A DNA stretch of 64,000 nt from an uncultured Candidatus Peribacteria bacterium (GTDB lineage Bacteria; Patescibacteriota; Gracilibacteria; Peribacterales; Peribacteraceae), in assembly GCA_964632395.1 (NCBI GenBank), contig CAZWES010000001.1, positions 25,287-89,286 on the forward strand, read 5' to 3'. This document shows, in pieces, positions 19,601 to 26,019 of this stretch; the stretch's first letter is position 1; each line of letters begins with the position of its first letter. The position numbers and the translations under genes were made by a program. The notes beneath the pieces were generated by a model. The model ran no database searches and was not told the origin of the DNA. It worked only from the letters and a program-made list of their open reading frames with translations.

Positions 19601-20193
19601 CCGGTGAGATATTCATAAAGATGGCAAAAGAGGGGAGCACGCTTTCGGGTGTGATGGACACATTGGCGCTATCACTCAGCATGAACCTCCAATACGGCGT
19701 TCCACTTGAGGTTCTCGTGCAAAAACTCGTTCACACACGCTTTGAACCTGCAGGCCGCACGGGCAACAAAGAAATCCCATTTGTAAAAAGCATGATGGAT
19801 TATCTGGGCCGCTGGCTTGCGCTCAAGTTTCTTACAAAAGAGAAGGCCATGTTGGTGCATACTGCTGAACTTGTTGAGCTGGCATATCGTGAAGGAACAA
19901 AGAGTAAAGATGCGTTTGTGGCGACGTTGCCGATCGTGGATGAGGGGAAGCCGATGGAGGTTCCCGAGGATGAAGAGGGTAGTGTCATGCTGAGCGGAGG
20001 CGAAACAAAGCGTAGCGAAGTTTCGCCGGAGTCGAAGTATGGCACGATCCAGAACGAAAAAGCGTCAGGCGCACCGTTGGCTTTCCAGGGCGCAGAAGAT
20101 GCACCAATGTGCTCGCAGTGCGGATCCACAATGGTCAGGAATGGTGCGTGCTATAAATGTCTCGATTGTGGGGAGACGGATGGGTGCTCATAA
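16675..20193 (+). CDS. nrdJ: Class II (adenosylcobalamin-dependent) ribonucleotide reductase
   Basis: [15 protein letters not shown]...; [44 protein letters not shown]; C-terminal CxxC...CxxC zinc ribbon. The first ~60 codons are non-conserved and contain a repeat element, so the true start is uncertain. Confidence 0.9.
   Translation: [1172 protein letters not shown]
16781..16838. repeat. X-hairpin-Y repeat element, solo copy
   Basis: GTCTCTCGACTC (X) - internal hairpin (CGCAT..GGCGC TAC GCGCC..ATGCG) - CGCTCGAGAAGAG (Y). The same end motifs occur at 24.0, 30.9 and 31.3 kb. Confidence 0.8.
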
Positions 20194-20207
20194 ACACGGA
20201 ATGGTCC

Positions 20208-20546
20208 TCAGACTTCAGAATCGTCTTCATTAGTCTCACCTATAGGATTTATTCCATCGAGTTCTGCGTTGTCGTAACCATATGTACTACCTACGCATGT
20301 TTGTGTAACACACAAGTGATAACACCCCTCCAAAGCTTCGCCTTGTAGATCATCAATCTTTCTGTGTGCAAGATCGGTTTCAACTGCTACCATATCCAAA
20401 TTAGTTTCATCAACTGCTGCATGCAATTCGGCACGCATTTCAGTCTCGCTTTCAGCGCTCATGACTGTAGTATCCTTTGTAGCTTCGGGATCTGGAGTAT
20501 ATTGCTTTTCTCCCGGCTCCATTTCCGTTTTGAATCGTGGACTCAT
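20208..20546 (-). CDS. Hypothetical acidic protein
   Basis: ORF only. Confidence 0.35.
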   Translation of the reverse strand: MSPRFKTEMEPGEKQYTPDPEATKDTTVMSAESETEMRAELHAAVDETNLDMVAVETDLAHRKIDDLQGEALEGCYHLCVTQTCVGSTYGYDNAELDGINPIGETNEDDSEV

Positions 20547-20692
20547 GATTAATGATGGGGAATTTATCCCATTATTCTCCTCTCACCCCCACAGTCAACA
20601 ACTTTCACGATGTTATTTTGCACCGGTACAGGATGCTGTTTTTGAGGTATCTGGCGGGTTCTCTGTGGGGTCGTATATGCTCATTTGGGTAA

Positions 20693-20810
20693 GAAAGCAC
20701 CAAATTCCAAGCACCAAAAGAATTCCAAATCTCAAATTCCAAAGCCATTTACTAGCATCTTTGAATTTTGGAATTTGAGATTCTTTTGGAATTTGGTGCT
20801 TGGAATTTTC
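20693..20810. repeat. Long imperfect palindrome H2, related to H1
   Basis: The arms are GAAAGCACCAAATTCCAAGCACCAAAAGAATTCCAAATCTCAAATTCCAAAG and CTTTGAATTTTGGAATTTGAGATTCTTTTGGAATTTGGTGCTTGGAATTTTC. It shares ATTCTTTTGGAATTTGG[A/T]GCTTGGA with H1. Confidence 0.85.
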
Positions 20811-20835
20811 TTATCGTGGTACAATCAATCCCAAG

Positions 20836-22149
20836 ATGACATTCCTACCTCTGAGTCCTCTCGATGGCCGCTACAAAAGGAAAGTGGCAGTTTTGGGGGA
20901 ATTTTTCAGCGAGGAGGCGCTTATGCAAGCCAGAGTGGAGGTGGAGATCCTGTACTTCATCGCACTTGGCGATGAGAAAAAGGTTAAAGAAGTCAGGCGC
21001 GTTACGAATGCAGATCGGGCGAAGTTGATGAGGATTGTTGAGAAATTTGGACCAAAAGATGTGACTATGATTCGGCAATTTGAGCGAAGGACAAATCATG
21101 ATGTTAAGGCAGTTGAGTATTATCTTAAGAAGAAATTCCAGTCGATCCCGTCACTCAGGAAATCTTTGAGCTTTATTCACTTTGGTTTGACTAGTGAAGA
21201 TGTGAACAATCTTGCGTACGGAATTTTGATAATGCGCGCGCTCAAAGATGTTCTGCGACCGGAGCTAAGGACTATTCTCAGCGATCTTGGCAGTATGGGT
21301 AGACGCTGGAGAAAAACTGAGATTTTGAGCCTGACTCATGGACAGCCCGCAACTCCAACAACGCTAGGCAAGGAATTCATGGTTTTCCATGAGCGCATGA
21401 ATCGCCAACTCAGCGACTTATATGACTTTAAAATGTGTGGGAAGCTTGGAGGTGCTGTTGGCAACTTCTCAGCACATCGTGCGGCATATCCAAAAGTCAA
21501 CTGGGAAGCATTTTCCCGTAAGTTCGTGCGATCGCTCGGCTTGAATCCACTCAGATACACCACGCAAATAAATCCGCATGATGATCTTGCAGAACTCTCT
21601 CACTTATTTGTCCGCCTGAACACTATCCTTTTGGGTCTCTCGCGGGATGTTTGGACGTACATTTCACGCGGAGTATTCAAACAAAAACGCGTGATGGGAG
21701 AAGTTGGCTCCTCCACAATGCCACATAAAGTGAATCCGATTGATTTTGAGAACGCTGAGGGGAATCTGGGAATCTCGTCCGCCTTGTTCAATCACTTTGC
21801 AGAAAAGTTGCCTGTCTCTCGCCTGCAACGCGATCTTTCTGATTCCACAGTTCAGAGAAACTTCGGAGTTTCATTCGGGCATCATTTGTTGGCTTTGAAG
21901 TCACTGAAAAAGGGCTTTGGTAAGTTGCAGCTTGATCAGAAGAAGATAAAGGACGAGCTAGATGCTCATCCGGAAGTTTTGGCTGAGGCGATTCAGACTG
22001 TGATGCGAAAGAATGGTGTTTCTGATGCTTATGAGAAGATGAAGAAGTTGACTCGGGGGGAAGCTGTGACGAGGGAGGTTTTGCGGGAGTTTGTGGAGGG
22101 GGTGGAGATGAGGAGGGAGGATAAGGGAAGATTGTTGGGGATGCTTTAG
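20836..22149 (+). CDS. purB: Adenylosuccinate lyase
   Basis: LSPLDGRYKRKV...; SSTMPHKVNPIDFENAEGN is the fumarate-lyase signature. Start taken at MTFLPLSPLDGRY. Confidence 0.9.
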   Translation: MTFLPLSPLDGRYKRKVAVLGEFFSEEALMQARVEVEILYFIALGDEKKVKEVRRVTNADRAKLMRIVEKFGPKDVTMIRQFERRTNHDVKAVEYYLKKKFQSIPSLRKSLSFIHFGLTSEDVNNLAYGILIMRALKDVLRPELRTILSDLGSMGRRWRKTEILSLTHGQPATPTTLGKEFMVFHERMNRQLSDLYDFKMCGKLGGAVGNFSAHRAAYPKVNWEAFSRKFVRSLGLNPLRYTTQINPHDDLAELSHLFVRLNTILLGLSRDVWTYISRGVFKQKRVMGEVGSSTMPHKVNPIDFENAEGNLGISSALFNHFAEKLPVSRLQRDLSDSTVQRNFGVSFGHHLLALKSLKKGFGKLQLDQKKIKDELDAHPEVLAEAIQTVMRKNGVSDAYEKMKKLTRGEAVTREVLREFVEGVEMRREDKGRLLGML

Positions 22150-22352
22150 GTGGCGCGGGCGCATCCGATTGTTTATGAGTAGCTGTCGATCGGGTCAGGA
22201 TAGAAAATAGTTGTCGAGAGAGTAGGATCGCTCGCGCGGGGTTAGAATTGCTTCCACTAATGTTTTTCTCAGCATGTTCTTGCCCCGCGCGAGCGGTTCG
22301 GCATTCCGGCTTCGCTAGGCTCAGCCTACATGCCGAACGCGCACGCGCCACC
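22149..22352. repeat. Nested inverted-repeat (REP/BIME-like) element, copy 1, immediately upstream of the RayT gene
   Basis: Outer IR GGTGGCGCGGGCGC / GCGCACGCGCCACC. Inner IR CGCTCGCGCGGGG..AGAA / TTCTTGCCCCGCGCGAGCG. A further stem GTTCGGCAT/ATGCCGAAC is present. Confidence 0.8.
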
Positions 22353-22389
22353 TTTGTGCAATCGCTTGTGATAAAAAGCCTCTCCTATC

Positions 22390-23022
22390 ATGTATGACCC
22401 CGATATACGCATTCGGCACGGAAACTTTCTTCCACACTGGACAAAAGATGGAGGCATATACCACGTTCGTATTCGTCTTGCCGACTCACTACCACAGCAA
22501 AAATTGGATGAGTGGAAGCATGAGCGCGAAGATCTCGTTCGGCGAGCGTCAAAAGATAAAAGAAAGCTGACACGAGCGGAGCAGGAAAGATTAGATTTTC
22601 TATTTTCGGATAAGGTCGAGAAGTTTTTAGATTCTGGATATGGTGCCTGCTGGCTAAAGATAGATGAAATTGCGGAAATAGTCGCAGATACACTCTGGAA
22701 ATTTAATGAAGACAGTTACAAGCTATTTGCATGGTGCATCATGCCGAACCATGTGCACATAATTTTGCAGCAGCTTACAAAAGAGCTTCAGAAAATCATG
22801 CATTCTTTGAAGTGGTATACCGGCTTGCACTCAAATAAGATTCTTGGAAGAAGTGGAGAGTTCTGGCAGCGGGAATACTTTGATCACTTGATCAGGAATC
22901 AAGAAAGCCTGGAGCGAGCTGTTGAGTATGTGTGGAGCAATCCTGATAAGGCTGGTCTGAAAGATTGGAAGTGGCGATGGAGAGCTGATAAGCACGTGCA
23001 AGAAACGTTGATTAAATGCTAA
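22390..23022 (+). CDS. rayT: REP-associated tyrosine transposase (RayT / IS200-like Y1 transposase family)
   Basis: LFAWCIMPNHVHIILQ is the HUH motif. REYFDHLIRNQESLERAVEYVWSNPDKAGL is the C-terminal catalytic Tyr region typical of TnpA-REP. Confidence 0.8.
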   Translation: MYDPDIRIRHGNFLPHWTKDGGIYHVRIRLADSLPQQKLDEWKHEREDLVRRASKDKRKLTRAEQERLDFLFSDKVEKFLDSGYGACWLKIDEIAEIVADTLWKFNEDSYKLFAWCIMPNHVHIILQQLTKELQKIMHSLKWYTGLHSNKILGRSGEFWQREYFDHLIRNQESLERAVEYVWSNPDKAGLKDWKWRWRADKHVQETLIKC

Positions 23023-23239
23023 CAAAGCGAGTTTCGCGCATTTTTTGCATCAATTGCTCGTTGGCCCTATCGAATTTGCCAGATTGTCTTGCTGCTTTTT
23101 TAAGGTCATCTCTTATTTGCGTCCTTAGTCTAAGCAAATTGCGAATTGCACCTGGAGTTGAAGCATCTTCGACTTTTTGAGAGAAAGAATCTATGCGGTT
23201 TTTTAGTAAGTCCATGATTGGTAGTATGAAGTTATACAA
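23012..23239 (-). CDS. Hypothetical small protein
   Basis: ORF only. Confidence 0.3.
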   Translation of the reverse strand: MYNFILPIMDLLKNRIDSFSQKVEDASTPGAIRNLLRLRTQIRDDLKKAARQSGKFDRANEQLMQKMRETRFVSI

Positions 23240-23412
23240 AAAACCTCCCTTTGCTTTTCGCGTGGGGGAGGGAATTTTATTCAGTTCAGCTCATCCGCCT
23301 CACGCGAAGCGCGAGATAATAATGATGCTGCGGATGATGATGGACTGGTTCTGCACTGTCGGGGGCAGTGTAGGTGGGAGAATGGGTGGAGGTCAAGCGA
23401 ATGGTCTAAATT

Positions 23413-23805
23413 CTACATTTGAGCAGAAATTGCCTCTCTTATCTCGTCTTCCACTACATCTAGCTTTGCAATAGCACCTATATCCTCTGTATCAAGAGAC
23501 GGGTTTGTGAGCCCAAATGTTCTTGCATCTTTTGCGAATTGAATAAGATCCAATATGGCTCGTTTGTCTTCACCATCAAGGAAGCGTACTGCTGCAGTTC
23601 TAGTATCAAAAATATCACCCAATATTGCCTCTACATCAGCTTCTTTTACACCGCATGCAGTGGCTACTATTTGCTTACCATTGGACGTATCACGACTAAG
23701 GTCATATGTACGCTCAATTTTTTGACCGTCTCTTTCTGAAATTGCACGAGCCTTGAATGCAATCCCTGCTGGGATGCTATCGAAGGGGGTGAGTTGGGTT
23801 TTCAT
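23413..23805 (-). CDS. Hypothetical protein
   Basis: 130-aa ORF preceded by a terminator-like hairpin belonging to the upstream operon. Confidence 0.45.
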   Translation of the reverse strand: MKTQLTPFDSIPAGIAFKARAISERDGQKIERTYDLSRDTSNGKQIVATACGVKEADVEAILGDIFDTRTAAVRFLDGEDKRAILDLIQFAKDARTFGLTNPSLDTEDIGAIAKLDVVEDEIREAISAQM

Positions 23806-23841
23806 GATTGGTGTGGGGAAAGAAAAAGGGAAACATTATAC

Positions 23842-23868
23842 AAAAAACCCGCCATCTCTTTGGCGGGG
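23842..23868 (-). terminator. Rho-independent terminator downstream of rpsB-tsf
   Basis: Minus strand reads CCCGCC AAAGAGAT GGCGGG TTTTTTG. Confidence 0.55.
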
Positions 23869-24025
23869 CAGTTAAATGAATACAGGCGTTTTTTACGCCC
23901 AAGAGCCCCGCCTCCTGCAGGAGGACATCTGTGGGGAGCAATTGAGGACGTAGGCAGTATTCATTGGCTGCATGATACGCGCCGGGTCTCTGCCGTCAAG
24001 ACAAGTAAAGGTGTCATGGAACTAC

Positions 24026-24123
24026 GTCTCTCGACTCGGCCGTGCTCTTCTCGAGCGAGAGAGCCCGTAGCGTAGCGGAGGGCGAACGAGTCGAGAGACG
24101 AGCACGGCCTCGCTCGAGAAGAG
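24026..24123. repeat. Composite X/Y repeat locus
   Basis: X 24026-24037, Y' (reverse complement of Y) 24045-24057, X' 24088-24099, Y 24111-24123. GCCGTGCTC / GAGCACGGC lie between them. Confidence 0.8.
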
Positions 24124-24128
24124 TGTGT

Positions 24129-24899
24129 CTAAACAGCCATCCTCACATACTCCACAACCTTTGCCCCTTCAAGGTACTTCTCGATCGTCATGGTCGGATC
24201 CTTTGCAAAAGGCTGCTTCATCAACGCCGATTCCTCGCGGAATTTCTTTTCTTTGCCCATCATGATCTTTTCCTGAATTTCGGCGGGCTTACCTTCTTTT
24301 GTTAGCTGCTCTTTCCAGATTTCCTTTTCATTCTCCACAACCTCTGCGGAAACATCCTCGGGGTTCACAAATTCCGGAGCCATTGCAGCTGCGTGCATTG
24401 CAACATCTCGTGCTTTGGTTTCATCGCCACCATCTAGTGTGATGACGACGCCGATTTTGCTGTTCGTGTGTACGTAAGTGCCAAGAGGAGAACCTTCAAC
24501 AACTTTAGCCTCGGCTAGTGAGATATTTTCCCCAAGCTTGTTTACAAGATCAGGCATCACGGATTCTGCATGAGTTTTTGCAGCATCAGTTCCTTCTGCA
24601 AGTGCTTTTGATGCGAATTCCTTTCCAGCATTCTGGAAATCATCGCCCTTTGCGACAAAATCCGTCTCACATGCTACTCGTACAAGTGCGGCTTTTCCTC
24701 CATCCTGTGCCATGAAGATGCACCCCTCGGATTGATCGCGAGCAGCCTTTTTGACGGCTTGAGCCTCGCCGCGCTTCCTCAAAATTTCGATTGCCTTCTC
24801 TTCATCACCACCTGCTTCATCAAGAGCTTTTTTAACTGCAAGCATTCCTACTCCGGTTCTTTGTCTAAGTGATGATACTTGTGCTGCTGTAACTGGCAT
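24129..24899 (-). CDS. tsf: Elongation factor Ts
   Basis: VSSLRQRTGVGMLAVKKALDEAGGDEEKAIEILRKRG is the EF-Ts N-terminal UBA-like signature. Confidence 0.9.
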   Translation of the reverse strand: MPVTAAQVSSLRQRTGVGMLAVKKALDEAGGDEEKAIEILRKRGEAQAVKKAARDQSEGCIFMAQDGGKAALVRVACETDFVAKGDDFQNAGKEFASKALAEGTDAAKTHAESVMPDLVNKLGENISLAEAKVVEGSPLGTYVHTNSKIGVVITLDGGDETKARDVAMHAAAMAPEFVNPEDVSAEVVENEKEIWKEQLTKEGKPAEIQEKIMMGKEKKFREESALMKQPFAKDPTMTIEKYLEGAKVVEYVRMAV

Positions 24900-24923
24900 G
24901 ATAAGTGTGGGGAAAATAGAAAT

Positions 24924-25685
24924 TTATGCGGCTTGAGCGGCTGGTTCGACTTCTTCTGACGGTTCTTTATTTTCTTTCTCAATTTTTTCTTCAGGCTCGG
25001 GAGGTGCGCTGGCTGCTTCCTGCAGAACATCCTGAACCGTTTTCAATATCAATTTGACTGAAGCTGAAGCATCGTCATTCGCAGGAACTGCCACAGTGAA
25101 GCTATCCGGATCTGACATTGAATCGCAAATACCAAAAACGGGAATACCTGCAACGTTTGCCTCTTTGACTGCAATTTTATCACGCAGTGCATCCACTACG
25201 AATATTGCGTCAGGCAACTTAGTCATCCCTGCAACTCCTGCAAGAGCGCGATCAAGCTGTGTGAGTTTCTTACGGAGATCCAATTGCTCTTTCTTCGTGT
25301 ACTTCTCCACTTCTCCGGTCTGGAACTGCTTTTGCAGATCAAGATAGTATTTAATTCTACGTGAGATTGTTTTCCAGTTTGTAATCAGCCCCGGGATCCA
25401 CTTTTTAGTTACTATCGGATGCCCCGTCTCTTTTCCAAGCTCTTCCAGAAGTGCCGTACTGAAAAGTTTTGTGGAAACAAAAAGGATTGCCTTGCCTTTC
25501 TTCTGCAAATCAGCGAGTTTATTGCAGCATTCCTCGAGCTGATTCTTGGTTTTGTTCAAATCAAAGATGTGCGTACCATTTTGAATGCCGTAAAGATACG
25601 GCTTCATTTTAGGGTTCCACTTGGCAGCGGGGTGCCCAATGTGGCACGCAGCCTCAAGTAATACTTCTTCTTTTGGAATATTCAT
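24924..25685 (-). CDS. rpsB: 30S ribosomal protein S2
   Basis: LLEAACHIGHPAAKWNPKMKPYLYGIQNGTHIFDLNKT. Start moved to MNIPKEE, because the longer ORF runs into the repeat element. Acidic C-terminal tail. Confidence 0.9.
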   Translation of the reverse strand: MNIPKEEVLLEAACHIGHPAAKWNPKMKPYLYGIQNGTHIFDLNKTKNQLEECCNKLADLQKKGKAILFVSTKLFSTALLEELGKETGHPIVTKKWIPGLITNWKTISRRIKYYLDLQKQFQTGEVEKYTKKEQLDLRKKLTQLDRALAGVAGMTKLPDAIFVVDALRDKIAVKEANVAGIPVFGICDSMSDPDSFTVAVPANDDASASVKLILKTVQDVLQEAASAPPEPEEKIEKENKEPSEEVEPAAQAA

Positions 25686-25829
25686 GAGATGTGGGGGGAG
25701 ATCCTTAAGGAACTTCTTAACGTCATCTCTTGCGCAGGACCCGTTAGGTCGGGCAGGAACGCGTGATCGGCGAAGAAGCAGGGACATCATAGGAGGTTGT
25801 TTGGTGTGTTGGCAAGCGAAATGGCAAGA

Positions 25830-26019
25830 ATAGTGGCGCGGGTATGTCACGAAATCGCGCAGCGATTGAGTGACTACCCGCGCGGGGCAAGAATGACAAG
25901 CCGAAATCCTGCGACAGGCGTTTGTAGCCCCGCGCGGGTAGTCCTTCCGTTTTACTAAAAAAATTTCAATTGAATTTGATGCTACTTTCGGTACATGACG
26001 GACATACCCGCGCCACTAT
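25830..26019. repeat. Nested inverted-repeat (REP/BIME-like) element, copy 2
   Basis: Perfect 19-bp outer IR ATAGTGGCGCGGGTATGTC / GACATACCCGCGCCACTAT. Perfect 17-bp inner IR GACTACCCGCGCGGGGC / GCCCCGCGCGGGTAGTC. It shares CGCGCGGGGCAAGAA with copy 1. Confidence 0.85.

Noticed and set aside
16675-20193. The length of NrdJ (1172 aa) and an HNS tripeptide (AVHNSW) suggested an intein.
   Set aside because: - The flanking sequence is contiguous, conserved NrdJ (…[13 protein letters not shown]…).
- No N-terminal splicing block or endonuclease motifs are present.
- The length is within the range of long class II RNRs.
21788-22351. 187-aa Pro/Ser-rich minus-strand ORF.
   Set aside because: It is antisense to the purB 3' end and runs through the GC-rich repeat element. 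Its composition is that of a non-coding frame.
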